From: Histomonas meleagridis 2922-C6/04-290x
Taxonomy: Eukaryota > Protista > Parabasalia
Assembly: GCA_020184695.1 (NCBI GenBank)
Contig: JAANOX010000126.1
Location: 186,001-250,000, forward strand
DNA length: 64,000 bases
Reading direction: 5' to 3'
The translations under genes and the position numbers were made by a program. Positions 10,750 to 21,855 of the stretch are shown in pieces; position 1 is the first letter of the stretch; each line of letters begins with the position of its first letter. The notes under the pieces were generated by a model. That model was not told the DNA's origin. It worked only from the letters and a program-made list of their open reading frames with translations, and searched no databases.

Positions 10750-11655
10750 CTAGAAAGCGCTAAACAACACTGAGTTAGGAATGAATCCATCAGCAAACTC
10801 TATTTCGTTTAGTTTCATCATTTCAGCTCTGCATGTCGGACAAGTATTATGTTCTCTCGACCATCTATAAACGCATTTATAACAAAAGACATGTCCGCAA
10901 GTGAGCATTACAGGTTCTTCAGGTATATCTTGACATATCACACATTCTTCATCTGTCAGCGGTTTGTTGAGCGGTTTGAAGGCACTTTTTGCGTTAACAC
11001 TGTAATTTTTTAACGTATTCCCTATTTCCCATAGAAGATACAACTGAATGAAGCATTTCATGACAAAATAGGCTAAAAGATAGATGGACTTATTGGACGT
11101 AAGATATGATAGAAATGATGGAAATGTTTCACCATTAAAATATTCTATCCATTTTGGCATGACAAAATACCCGCGAATTAAAATAAATATGCGCTGACAG
11201 ACACCAAAGAATCCACGCCTTGTAAGTTTGTATGTAATTGCGCCGGTGCCAAGTGTGAAACATTTGAATGATGTCGAAAATAAAAAAATGGTTAATGAAA
11301 AGAAAAGCTCATATAAATATGTTTTGATAAATGTATCGCATTCCCAATCGAATTTAAGAATTGCAAAAAGACCACCAATTGCGACTGAAAGAGTAAAAAA
11401 TCCATATGGAATCAAATTGAAAGGAATACGTCTGAAATATGAACTAGAAGTTGCCATCTTTTTCATTACAGACCTTAGTTTGCATTCGGTAAAATAATAT
11501 GTCCCTGTCAAAACTACAACAATGATAACTAATTTATATTCGCCAACAACAAATTGGGTGATTGCAAGTGTTCCAACAAGAAATCCAAACATTGTGTACG
11601 TCCTGGAAAACGAATTTGAATGGATTGGGCGTGGAACAAACTCGTCGGCCCCCAT
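10750..11655 (-). CDS. Membrane-associated C3HC4 RING-finger protein (putative E3 ligase)
   Basis: CVIC..CGHVFCYKC..CPTC at the C-terminus, preceded by several hydrophobic segments. Confidence 0.85.
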   Translation of the reverse strand: MGADEFVPRPIHSNSFSRTYTMFGFLVGTLAITQFVVGEYKLVIIVVVLTGTYYFTECKLRSVMKKMATSSSYFRRIPFNLIPYGFFTLSVAIGGLFAILKFDWECDTFIKTYLYELFFSLTIFLFSTSFKCFTLGTGAITYKLTRRGFFGVCQRIFILIRGYFVMPKWIEYFNGETFPSFLSYLTSNKSIYLLAYFVMKCFIQLYLLWEIGNTLKNYSVNAKSAFKPLNKPLTDEECVICQDIPEEPVMLTCGHVFCYKCVYRWSREHNTCPTCRAEMMKLNEIEFADGFIPNSVLFSAF

Positions 11656-12535
11656 CAAGACAGTGGACACTTTTGTATACTTTACGATGACAATACAAAT
11701 TTTTCAATGGAAAACAAATTCAAAGAGAAATCTAAAAACTTAAAATATCGAATAAAGTCAACATGATTTTTGCTCATTTTTTAGTTTAGAACTAACGCAA
11801 TAATACATCAAAAAGTATAAAGTAAAAACTTTATATAATATCAATTTATTTGATTAAAATCAAATTCTTCACCTTATTCTTCAATTATTTGTTGTTTTTA
11901 GTAATCTCTATCAATTTGAACGGCTGAATTATGAAAAAGTTGTTTTCATGAAACAAAAATTTAAACGAAGATATTGCAATTTTAAAAGTTTTTCATGTGT
12001 ACGAATTTAGAAGGTATGAACTTCTTATTTAATCGGATGGCTGAAATGTACATTTGATTTAAAAGAATTAGTATTGTTTTAAAGTGTATTTTTATCATTG
12101 ATTATTAATATTTTTCAATTTTAAGCACAACAATCTTTATTTTAATATTTTTATTTGTAAATCTATCTTTCATTTTTCGAAATTAAACCCCAAGTATTAA
12201 TAACCTTCACAATTAGAGATGCTTTCTAAAGTAAACTTTTGATATTAAAAAGTGTACATAATCTTAAATATTTTTTACCATTTCATGAAGAAGACCTATT
12301 GGAATTATCCTATTTTTGTTTCACTAATTCTTCATAATTTAATGCAATTATTAAAATTATTTATTTTATATTTTATCGAACTATATACCTGATGCAAAGA
12401 TGCAAAAGTATGTAGATAAAAAATGAATTTTTTCTTTAAAAAATTGAGAAGCAAATAAAACTAATTTTTTAGAAAGTGGATTGATCAATCATTTGAGTTT
12501 ACGCTGTTAATATTAACAACCACACGAAGCATTTT

Positions 12536-12745
12536 TTAACAGCAAAACGCAGCAATTAAGAAATAAATTTCTGGTGCTATGCATAAACATGTAATCACAA
12601 GCAAATCAATTCCAAGTCCAAGTGATGCTTTAGATGCTGAAGAGCAGCCTTCGATTAATGCTTTATCACATTTAGGATTAACTGAATAGCAAATTAATGT
12701 TATAGCAACACATAATTCAGCAAATTTAAAAATATTCGGATCCAT
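12536..12745 (-). CDS. Small Cys-rich hydrophobic ORF, unknown function
   Basis: 69 aa ATG-initiated ORF with two hydrophobic stretches; no family recognised. Confidence 0.25.
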   Translation of the reverse strand: MDPNIFKFAELCVAITLICYSVNPKCDKALIEGCSSASKASLGLGIDLLVITCLCIAPEIYFLIAAFCC

Positions 12746-12768
12746 GTTTTTATCCTTGTTGTCAAGCC

Positions 12769-13274
12769 ATGATCGTGGGTATTTTAGCCTTAGTTACTAC
12801 AATATTTGGTGCTGTTTTATGGTCTAATGATGATTTTACTGATAAAAAAATTCGGTCCTTGGTTGCAATTCCATTGACTATGCCCCAAGAAAATAATGTT
12901 ACGTACATAATCACTAATCAAACCAATCAATCACTCTATTATCCAAATAACTTTGCTTTAGATTTACCAAATATTCTTCTGAATGCAAAAAAGATTAAAC
13001 GCCACTTCTAATCAGAGGCAGTTTTGTATACATTGATGTTGGGAAAAATATCCAAATGGAAGCAATTAATGATTTTGTTGAATTCCATAATTCATCATTC
13101 ATTATTGCAGATGACGCTGATGTTCCTCAGGCATATCTTGCAACTTCTTTGGTATCAAAGCCAACTGCTGAAAAAGGTAAAATTATATTTATTGTCGGAA
13201 TTTCAGTTTTTTGCGCAATGATTGTCGAATTCTTCATAACGTGTTGTGCGGTATGCATGAAAATTCATTGGTAG
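12769..13274 (+). pseudogene. Single-pass membrane protein split by a 1-nt frameshift (pseudogene or assembly error)
   Basis: Adding one A at about 12997-12999 joins ...LLNAKKIK to TPLLIRGSFVYIDVGKNIQMEAIN...(TM)...KIHW, giving a leader, an ectodomain and a C-terminal TM helix. Confidence 0.5.
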
Positions 13275-13681
13275 TTGCAAATCTAATAAATTTTTTTGTT
13301 TTACATTTGGAATTTTAATTTTAAAGATTTCATATTTGATATGCTTTTTGAATTCGGTAATTGCTTTACTAAAATATTCATTAACATATGAGTTAAAAGG
13401 CTTTAATAATGTGTCAAGTTCTTTGGGAAACAAGATCAATGATAAACTTGTTTATTTCATTATTGATGTCCTTGGCACAAATGTCGAGATCGCCATACAA
13501 TAAGATATTGATTTGATGATGCAAGTCTAGTTTTCATTTAGATGAGCATAATGCAGATGCTCATGACCAGACTTGAAAATATGAAAATGAAAAATATAAC
13601 TAATCACAGCATTACAACGATCAATACTCTCTGAAACCAGAGATATTTGAACGCACCTGACCAATATTCATATCACAAAAA

Positions 13682-15229
13682 ATGTCAGCTCCACACGCCA
13701 CTGCAATGCTTACTGACTTCTACCAAATCACAATTTCACGTGCTTTCTTTAACGAAGGAAGGCAGGATGAAATGGCAACTTTTGATCTTTTTTATAGAAC
13801 ACAACCGTTCAAAGGATCATTTGCAATTTTTGCCGGCCTTGCTGATGCCATTCACTTTATCAAGAACTACAAATTTACAGAAGAACAGCTTGAGTATATC
13901 AAGTCACAACTTCCAGGAGATAATGATGCTTTTATTGATTATTTGAGAAATATCGACATGAAAAAGGTTAAAATTTCTGCAATCCCTGAAGGTTCTATCG
14001 TGTTCCCACGTGAACCACTTATTCGTGTTGAAGGGCCAATTGCATATTGTCAATTAATCGAAACGCCATTATTAAACTGCGTTAACTTTGCGACGTTAAT
14101 GGCCACAAATGCGCTTAGATTTAAGCTTCATACCCATAATCAAACACTTATGGAATTTGGTCTTCGTCGTGCACAAGGTACAGATGGCGCAATGTCAGCA
14201 TCCAAATACAGTTACTTAGGTCTATTTGACTCCACATCGAATGTTCTTGCCGGCCATCTTTATGGTATTCCAGTATCAGGAACAGTTGCACATAGTTTTG
14301 TCACATCATTTTCCAGCATTAAGGACTTAAAGACCACATGTATCAAGCATGCCACCACTGGTGAGCTTGTTGATCTTTATCAGTATGCACAAGAAGCGAT
14401 CAAAGCATGTAATTTCCATACCAACCAATCCGAACTTGCATCCTTTATATCGCAAGCCATTATGTATCCTACTAATTTCCTTGCGTTAGTTGATACATAT
14501 AACACACTTGATTCCGGTGTACCTAATTTCTTAGCTGTTTCATATGGACTTCATAAAGCCGGCTACAAAGGGAAAGGAATACGTCTTGACTCAGGGGATA
14601 ATGTCGTTCTCTCCAAATCTACACGCCAAATGTTCCGCGACTTTTCCGCTAAGTTTGACATTCCATATGCCGCTGACTTTTTAATTACGGCATCAAATGA
14701 CATCAACGAAAAGGAACTTTTACGACTTGAAGAATTAGGAAACGAAATCAATTCCTTTGGCATTGGTACACATCTTGTTACATGCCAAGCGCAACCAGCA
14801 CTTGGTGGTGTCTATAAACTCGTTGAAATCGATGGAATTCCACGTGTCAAATTGTCAAATAGTATTGAAAAGAGTACACTTCCATGTAAAAAGGACTTGT
14901 ATCGATGCTACGACGAGAACGGCAAAGAAGTTGCTGACTTATTGACATTAAGTGGCGAAGAGCCTAAGGCCGGTGACGCATTTAAGGTGTATCCGAAGAC
15001 GGAAGAATGCACTTTGAAATGCGCGACATTTAAACCATTGTATAAGGTCGCATGGGACGGAGAGGCGCACGTTGACACTCTGCAGGAGGCGAGGCAAAGG
15101 GTCCTCGAACAATATAACAACTTTAATAAGGAGGTGCTCACCGTGAAGGAGGCAAAGGAGTACCCAGTGCTCATAACGCCAAAGTATTATAAGGTAATGA
15201 CCGACTTGATAAACGCTAATAAGGTTTGA
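13682..15229 (+). CDS. NAPRT: Nicotinate phosphoribosyltransferase
   Basis: LTDFYQITI, EFGLRRAQG, GTVAHSFV, ALVDTY, GIRLDSGD and FGIGT motifs. Confidence 0.95.
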   Translation: MSAPHATAMLTDFYQITISRAFFNEGRQDEMATFDLFYRTQPFKGSFAIFAGLADAIHFIKNYKFTEEQLEYIKSQLPGDNDAFIDYLRNIDMKKVKISAIPEGSIVFPREPLIRVEGPIAYCQLIETPLLNCVNFATLMATNALRFKLHTHNQTLMEFGLRRAQGTDGAMSASKYSYLGLFDSTSNVLAGHLYGIPVSGTVAHSFVTSFSSIKDLKTTCIKHATTGELVDLYQYAQEAIKACNFHTNQSELASFISQAIMYPTNFLALVDTYNTLDSGVPNFLAVSYGLHKAGYKGKGIRLDSGDNVVLSKSTRQMFRDFSAKFDIPYAADFLITASNDINEKELLRLEELGNEINSFGIGTHLVTCQAQPALGGVYKLVEIDGIPRVKLSNSIEKSTLPCKKDLYRCYDENGKEVADLLTLSGEEPKAGDAFKVYPKTEECTLKCATFKPLYKVAWDGEAHVDTLQEARQRVLEQYNNFNKEVLTVKEAKEYPVLITPKYYKVMTDLINANKV

Positions 15230-15259
15230 ATAAATAAGAAATGGACTAAAGTGAAAGCA

Positions 15260-15580
15260 AATGTTGTCGTATTGGAAATTATTAATAAATTTCGAGCAGT
15301 ACTTGTGATGGAAGCTGAAAACGGGCACACAGAAGTCGTTAAATTACTTATTGAACAAAAAGAAGTTGGTAGTAATGCATAAGGTGTTTATAATTGTTTT
15401 TTTGGAAATTACTCAAAATATTTAAAGCAGCACTTATGATAGCATTTGAAAAGTCATGTAGAAGTCTTTAAATTACTTATAGACAAAAAAAGTTGATAAT
15501 AATGCGAAAGATGTTTAACTGTTTTATTTATTTGATATACCAAAACAACATTTGGAAATTACTCAAAATATTTAAACCAC
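15260..15580 (+). pseudogene. Decayed ankyrin repeats with shortened spacer elements
   Basis: AENGHTEVVKLLIEQKEVGSNA* and a frameshifted second unit. The spacer motif TTTGGAAATTACTCAAAATATTTAAA is identical at 15401-15426 and 15551-15576. Confidence 0.65.
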
Positions 15581-15667
15581 AATTTGTCTTTTTATTGGTA
15601 CTTTTCCAAACACATCAACATCCGCACGTATTTTCATTCTAGTTTATTTATTAATTTATTTTTCTCG

Positions 15668-17047
15668 TCAATAAATTGCGCACTTATCGTATTTGTCTTT
15701 CTTTTTATCCGATATGTTGTATGAGTTTTTTCCAGACCCGTCATCCGGCTCACACTTGAGTGACATTTTGAACAAGTCCGACTGTTCACTCGTCGTCTCC
15801 TTTAGTTTTATAATGTCGTCGTGTAATTTCTTACTCAGCTTAAACGTTAGCTCTGATCCCCACGGCTGCTGTATCATATAAAATGACTCAAATATCATTT
15901 TCTGCTTGTACAGATTCAGCCCCTTTTGCTTGTTCGGTAATTCTATGAACGTTGGCTCATCATTACCGATGATACTCATCGATGTTAACCATGGTCCAAT
16001 GTACGGAACGGTTTGTTTCACATCACATTTCATAAGCTCTTTATGATATGCTTCGAATTTACGGACTGGCGATGTGATTTCAAAGAGTTTTTTATACTTC
16101 TGATGTAACGAACTGTCAATGTTCTTCCACGTGTCTTTAAGACGTGAAATTGCTGGATTGGATATCGCACCTTCAATCTCAAATAAAAGATTAAAGTTGT
16201 TAATTTGTCGTGAGGCATTCATGATTCGGAGCCATGCCTCAAGAATATTAACTCTGTCATCAAGTTTCCGTTGGGATAGAATTGAATAGCTTACGAAAAG
16301 TGACGTTTTGTTGAAATGATTTGTAAGTTCGGCAATGTGTGGAGCTTTTTCGAGACGATCATCTTTGCCCCAAGCACATTGGATAAGTTCGTTACCCTCT
16401 ATTCGGAGAAAGTCTAAAAGTTCAACATATTTGAAATGTTCTGCAATTATGGTAGGATCAGTTCGAAGAGGAAATGGTTTGCTTTCATCATAATTAATGT
16501 CAACATAAACGGGGTCATTGCAAATAACTTCTTTTGGAGAAATTTCAACATCATACTCATAATAATATGAATCTATTGTTTGCAAAAAAGACGAAATACT
16601 GGATGCATACTTTTGGTTAATATCAATAGCACTGAGAGCAGAAAATATTTTGTGGACTTGTTCACGAATTTGATTAACATCATTTCCGTCTAAAAAATCA
16701 TGTGGAAAATCATGGTTCCAAGTATTATAAAACTCAATTGTGGTCTCTATGACTTCATTGGGAGAAACCTTGAATTGATCAACTGACATTTTTTTTTTGA
16801 AGTTATCTATAAATTCGGAAATCTTTTGGTTAACATCTATCATCTTAACATCTGCGTTATGGAAAGCATGTATGAGTTGTCTATGATACGTTTTATGGAA
16901 CACCGCTGGATGATACAAAAGTTCAACTAATACTTCCAAAGAAGCAGCATGAATAACAGCAACATTATCTTTTACTTTAACTATACACTCATCTGGTCTG
17001 TATTTGGACAGTTCTGCCGTGCCATGTCCAAATTGTGCTGCGTTCAT
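15668..17047 (-). CDS. RasGEF (CDC25-like) domain protein
   Basis: HFKYVELLDF...WGK...APHI...HFN..., NNFNLLFEIEGAISNPAISRLKDTW, VPYIGPWLT. Ends CAIY (CaaX-like). Confidence 0.9.
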   Translation of the reverse strand: MNAAQFGHGTAELSKYRPDECIVKVKDNVAVIHAASLEVLVELLYHPAVFHKTYHRQLIHAFHNADVKMIDVNQKISEFIDNFKKKMSVDQFKVSPNEVIETTIEFYNTWNHDFPHDFLDGNDVNQIREQVHKIFSALSAIDINQKYASSISSFLQTIDSYYYEYDVEISPKEVICNDPVYVDINYDESKPFPLRTDPTIIAEHFKYVELLDFLRIEGNELIQCAWGKDDRLEKAPHIAELTNHFNKTSLFVSYSILSQRKLDDRVNILEAWLRIMNASRQINNFNLLFEIEGAISNPAISRLKDTWKNIDSSLHQKYKKLFEITSPVRKFEAYHKELMKCDVKQTVPYIGPWLTSMSIIGNDEPTFIELPNKQKGLNLYKQKMIFESFYMIQQPWGSELTFKLSKKLHDDIIKLKETTSEQSDLFKMSLKCEPDDGSGKNSYNISDKKKDKYDKCAIY

Positions 17048-17599
17048 TTAAAATCTTTACCGCTGTTGGACCTAACATCAGCGTTCAGAATTTTGATAGT
17101 AACTTATCGTATCATTTGCTCCTACTTCAATTTTTTGTATTGACTCATATAATATATTCTATAAACAGTTGTATTTGAATTTTCAATGCACTTTTCAATA
17201 GTTGAATACAAAAGTCACCCGATCCGTTTACAGTTAAACAGTAACACATTGAAACGACCAAATTCGATTGAATTATTGCTCAAAAAGTTCCAAGAGATGG
17301 TTTATCACGAGTTTACATTTTTGCACAAAGACCAACTGGCCAGTTATGGATTCAAAACAAAACGATGCAACGGTTAATAAATGTTTCAGGGTCGTTTTCA
17401 TTATTTTAACGGTTGCTTCACGTAACGTTCTTTACAAATTTTTGTTTGAAACAGTTATATAAAGATATTTAATTTTTTTTTAATATTTGAAATGTGCTAA
17501 ACTGAATTTCAATGTGAAATGGAAATTTTCATCAAAATTTCTTTTGAAGTCTGCATCTAATTTCCTTTCACCTTATATAATCAATGTATTGATTTAGAT

Positions 17600-18040
17600 A
17601 CAAAAATTTTTTTAATTCTTTAATGTTTTCACATCAAAAATGATAAATCAATTTTAAATTGTTTGGCAAATTGCATGGGTTTGAATTTAAGGAGCTGCTT
17701 TCTTGGTATGGAATTACTGATAAGTAACTCGACAATTTCTTTAATTTATTTTTCATTTATACGAATAAATAAGATAATTAATGAGTGAATATGAATTTAT
17801 ATGACCTGTTAAATTAGCAACTTCATCAGCGAATCTAAAATGGAAATTCATAACCTCCAAAATTAACTTGGAAATTACCTTAAGATCAAACAAATTGTGT
17901 TGCATTGTTATAATCCATACATACAATATAAGGTTCGAACGTGAATAAGCTGATTTAAAGTAAAATGGAAATAATCCCTTATTAAATTGTTTAAAGATAA
18001 TTATTGCTGGATATGTCAGATTCCTATGATATAACTATTT
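17600..18040 (-). pseudogene. Degenerate fragment resembling the N-terminus of DUF3447/ankyrin-family genes
   Basis: Hand translation gives FKSAYSRSNLILYVWII...KVISKLILEVMNF...IKEIVELLIS with interrupting stops; similarity judged by eye only. Confidence 0.3.
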
Positions 18041-18240
18041 GAATTTACTGGGCGATCTTAAAAAATTGCTTTTTAATTTCCCTCCCAGATCGAATCATTT
18101 ACACGTTATTTTAAGTATAAGTTTCTTAAGATAACGAATGCTGCACCACAATAATAATTTCTTTTATTTTTTTATCACAATTATATGCTTCATCAAATAA
18201 AAATCATAACTTTAGTTAACATAAAATTATTTTTTTTTAT

Positions 18241-19851
18241 TTAATAATCTTCTTCATTATTTTCTTCTTCTATTCTCATTTTCGCACCTTTGACCTGGTT
18301 TAAATAATTAAGTATTTCATTAGCCGAAGCTCTTTCGCAGCATTGAGTGTAAGACATCGATTTGCCATAGCTTGTTTCTATTGCTACACCGTCGTCAAAT
18401 TTGAAATAATCATTTTCGACCAAAAGTTTCACCATTTCCAAATTCTTTTTTTCGATTGCTAATGTTAACGACTTTTTTGTTTCTATTTCAGGTTCGGTAT
18501 TTGTTGGCATATCTTCTGTTGTCACTTCTCCAAGTTGTATATCGATATTATCTTTTTGAAGAAGATATTTCATTAAATTAATGTTTCCCGATTTGATTGC
18601 TAATCCTAAATAACTTGTGCTTACATCTTTATAGAAATAATCTATGATGTAAGTAGAATTTATCTTAATCATATCCATATTGAGTAAAAAATCAAACACT
18701 TTTAAGTCGTTAAGTAAATAAGTTTTTTCTTTATCGTCGAAATTAAATTTATATATTGTCTTTTCACCCATTAAATGGATACACCAATTAGTAATAGAAT
18801 AATGATCTTCAAAAATCGAAAGTAAATTATAATCATGAAATTCGTGCGTCTTCATACCTTGTTTAACTAAGAATGAGAAAACTTCAAAGTTATCATTTTG
18901 AACACATATCTTTCCGAGTTTTTCAAATTTATCAATTTTCTCTAATTTGTTTTCATAAATATATTCAAAGATATCGTTTCGATGGAATTTAATTGCTGCT
19001 TCATATGCACCTTCAAATGATGAATGATTTTGTTCGCATAAATGAATTATCTCAAGATTTCCACCTGCAACTGCATATTTACCTGTGTTTTCTACTTCTG
19101 CTCCATTCATAAGCAAATATTTAAAACATTTTACAGAAGAAAAAAATGCTGCATAATCAATTAATGTGACATTTTTCTGATTAATAAACGAATGTCTTTC
19201 ATAAACTGATCGTCCAATTATTTGATTAAAATCAAAATTTGCTTGTGATGATAATTCTTGAAGTTTTCCTATTTCATCTTTTCGAATTATTTTTGCAATT
19301 TCATTCGGATTATGCCCTTCTTTGATTAATTGTTTGTGTAATTCCCAATCATTCTTTCGAATTTCATCAAAATTTTTTTTAAAATATTTATCATGCATAG
19401 TTGAAATACAACCTACATAATAATTCTTATTCGTGTAATGATAAAAAAATTCCATATCTTGATTAGCTATATCAGATTTAAGTTCGGAGCTGATCATATT
19501 ATAATTAATCATTGCTTCAAGAAAGTATTTTGATTCTTGCGATTCAATTCTGTACATCAAATCACCAAAAAAATCTGTTATATTTTCACTTTGCTTATTT
19601 TTATTTAATTCATTTTCTAACAAATCAATTTTTTTCAAATAATCTATGCAGGTGTTGAATTCGTTTCGTCTAGAAGCACATGAAAAATAAACAACTTTGC
19701 AAACAAAAAGAGAAAATGAATTTGGCTTCTTATGATCAAATAATGATAGGGTTTTTTTTGCCATCATTTCGGTGTTTGTTTCATTTAGTTCTTCAAAGAT
19801 GATTTTATGAAGTTTTTGAGAATTTATTGAGTCTAAATTAATCCCTTGCAT
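18241..19851 (-). CDS. DUF3447/ankyrin-repeat protein (expanded parabasalid family), uninterrupted
   Basis: TLIDYAAFFSSVKCFKYLLMNG...AVAGGNLEIIHLCEQ...AAIKFHRNDIFEYI is the DUF3447 signature; C-terminal ankyrin-like repeats. ATG at 19851. Confidence 0.9.
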   Translation of the reverse strand: MQGINLDSINSQKLHKIIFEELNETNTEMMAKKTLSLFDHKKPNSFSLFVCKVVYFSCASRRNEFNTCIDYLKKIDLLENELNKNKQSENITDFFGDLMYRIESQESKYFLEAMINYNMISSELKSDIANQDMEFFYHYTNKNYYVGCISTMHDKYFKKNFDEIRKNDWELHKQLIKEGHNPNEIAKIIRKDEIGKLQELSSQANFDFNQIIGRSVYERHSFINQKNVTLIDYAAFFSSVKCFKYLLMNGAEVENTGKYAVAGGNLEIIHLCEQNHSSFEGAYEAAIKFHRNDIFEYIYENKLEKIDKFEKLGKICVQNDNFEVFSFLVKQGMKTHEFHDYNLLSIFEDHYSITNWCIHLMGEKTIYKFNFDDKEKTYLLNDLKVFDFLLNMDMIKINSTYIIDYFYKDVSTSYLGLAIKSGNINLMKYLLQKDNIDIQLGEVTTEDMPTNTEPEIETKKSLTLAIEKKNLEMVKLLVENDYFKFDDGVAIETSYGKSMSYTQCCERASANEILNYLNQVKGAKMRIEEENNEEDY

Positions 19852-20475
19852 TTTGTATTTGTACAATTTTGTATTCAATTTTTTCTATGAGTTCGTTGAA
19901 ATAATTTCTGAAAGATCTTTAAAACGATATGAACAAACAAAAGAAAAAAGTCAACTCGAATATTTTCAAGATTGGGCCATGTATTGTCTTCATTCATTAG
20001 AGAAAAGCACATTTCATAATTAAAATCAATAAATCTTTCATATATAGTATAATTAATCAAACTATTTTATGCAAACAAAAGCTTTTTTTGGATAAAGTCG
20101 GTATATTCGTTCCGAAGAAGGCCCTTCATCCTAACATAAGATTTACGGCTTGACATATTACTTTTTTTATTTCTTCTATCGAATTTAATCTTACTCAACT
20201 GTTTTTGCTTTGTTGATAATTTAGTGAGTAGATTTCTTTTATTCTGAACAACTTTTACTAATTCAAATTTTTTTTAACATTTATTGAGCAATTGTAGAAG
20301 TAAGACAATATAAAAAACAATCAAATATGACTAAAATTTCTTGTGAACTTGTTTTCCAAAAATTGTTCGAAGATCTTGTAAAGCATACAAAAAGATTCAG
20401 TTGGTCAGTTGACTTCCCCAAAATTTGCCGGTTTTTCAATGACGGTTTCTGTCACAAACTTGAACAAGTTCACAA

Positions 20476-21543
20476 ATGACAACCTTAAAATTTCGAACAG
20501 TAAACGGGAAAACATATGAACTAGAGGCAGACCCAGCTATGACAATTGGCGAAGTAAAATCAAAACTTGAAGAACTTCATGGTCTTGATTCATCTTCTTT
20601 GAAATTATTATTAAATACAAAAACTTTAACTGACGACATGCTTGTGTCTGATCTTAAGCTCCAACCAACTAGCTACATCGTTGCCTTCCAACCAAGAGTG
20701 AAGAAACCTATGGCAACCCAAAATTCGAATAAACCACTTCAGCAAACTCCTCCTCAACCTGCACCACAACCTCAACCAGAGCAACAGCCTCCAGCTCAGC
20801 CAACAGAAACACCTAATCCAACTCAAAATACTCCAGAGGAAGCACCAAAGCCACAAGAAGCTCTTCCAGCTCACGAGGAGCCAGCTCCAAAACCTCAAGA
20901 AGAAGCACCTCCTGTGCATGAAGAACCAGCTCCAAAGCAACAAGAAGATCCTGCCCCTCAAGTGCAACAACCAACCCCAACCATTAGTGTAACACAACCA
21001 CAACATCAAACATCACATACAAGTGGTAGCGATGCGCTCAGCTTTTCCGATCTTGTTGATCAAATCGTTGATATGGGATTCTCTAAGGCAGATGCAGAGA
21101 AAGCATTAAGGAAAAACCACAACAATGTTACACGCGCTATCGAATATCTTCTCTCAGGAGCTACTGATGATAGCGAATTATCATTTGTTCGACAAAATAG
21201 TGGATTCGTTGGTTCACAGGAAGAAGAAGATGATGATGACTTTAACCCACAGACCAGCTTTGGTGGAGGCTATGGCAATTACCAAAATTATGGCGGCGGT
21301 TATAACAATTATGGCGGCGGTTATAATAATTATGGTGGCGGTTATAATAACTATGGCGGCGGTTATGCCAACACAGGAGGAGCATACAGATTTGGACAAC
21401 TTCAAAGTGTATATAATGCATTGTCACATGATGAGCAACAAGCAGTTAATAGACTCGCGAATTCTTCCGATCCTCTAACAGCACTACAAGTTTATATGGC
21501 TTGTGATAAAAACGAAGAAACAGCAAGAGCATGCTTAAACTAA
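20476..21543 (+). CDS. RAD23: RAD23-like UBL-UBA ubiquitin shuttle
   Basis: N-terminal UBL, Pro/Gln/Glu linker, UBA (DMGFSKADAEKAL), C-terminal UBA2-like ALQVYMACDKNEETA. Confidence 0.8.
   Translation: MTTLKFRTVNGKTYELEADPAMTIGEVKSKLEELHGLDSSSLKLLLNTKTLTDDMLVSDLKLQPTSYIVAFQPRVKKPMATQNSNKPLQQTPPQPAPQPQPEQQPPAQPTETPNPTQNTPEEAPKPQEALPAHEEPAPKPQEEAPPVHEEPAPKQQEDPAPQVQQPTPTISVTQPQHQTSHTSGSDALSFSDLVDQIVDMGFSKADAEKALRKNHNNVTRAIEYLLSGATDDSELSFVRQNSGFVGSQEEEDDDDFNPQTSFGGGYGNYQNYGGGYNNYGGGYNNYGGGYNNYGGGYANTGGAYRFGQLQSVYNALSHDEQQAVNRLANSSDPLTALQVYMACDKNEETARACLN
21265..21366 (+). repeat. Coding tandem repeat, about 21-nt unit encoding NYGGGYN (about 4 copies)
   Basis: AATTATGGCGGCGGTTATAAC-type units visible inside the RAD23-like gene. 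Confidence 0.9.
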
Positions 21544-21855
21544 ATTTAATTTGATTTTTGTTGTTGATTTGGAAAATGTAACAAAACAATGCGACGAATT
21601 TTTTAAAGAGATACATATCTCTTTATAAAGTGCAAAACTTCGATTTTAAATTTAAATACAATTTGTTTGATAAATTTTTTAAAGTTGCGCTTAATATGTT
21701 AAAATTATATGTTTTAATTTTATTGAAGGTGAAAAGAAAAAAAGATGAACCGTTAAATTTTGAAAAAATTTAAAGTTCTGAAAAAGTCGTATGGTTGGCC
21801 GATTAATTATCTGAATTTCATTTTGGCCCATTCAAAATTTATTGTTCTTCATGTC

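Noticed and set aside
13682-15229. Bacterial contamination or recent transfer of the NAD-salvage gene
   Set aside because: Eukaryote-type NAPRT length and motifs, an Inr-like TCACA start context and eukaryotic neighbours.
21604-21625. 9-bp hairpin downstream of RAD23 (and a similar one at 62541-62571)
   Set aside because: Short AT-rich stems are expected by chance, and bacterial-style terminators are not relevant here.
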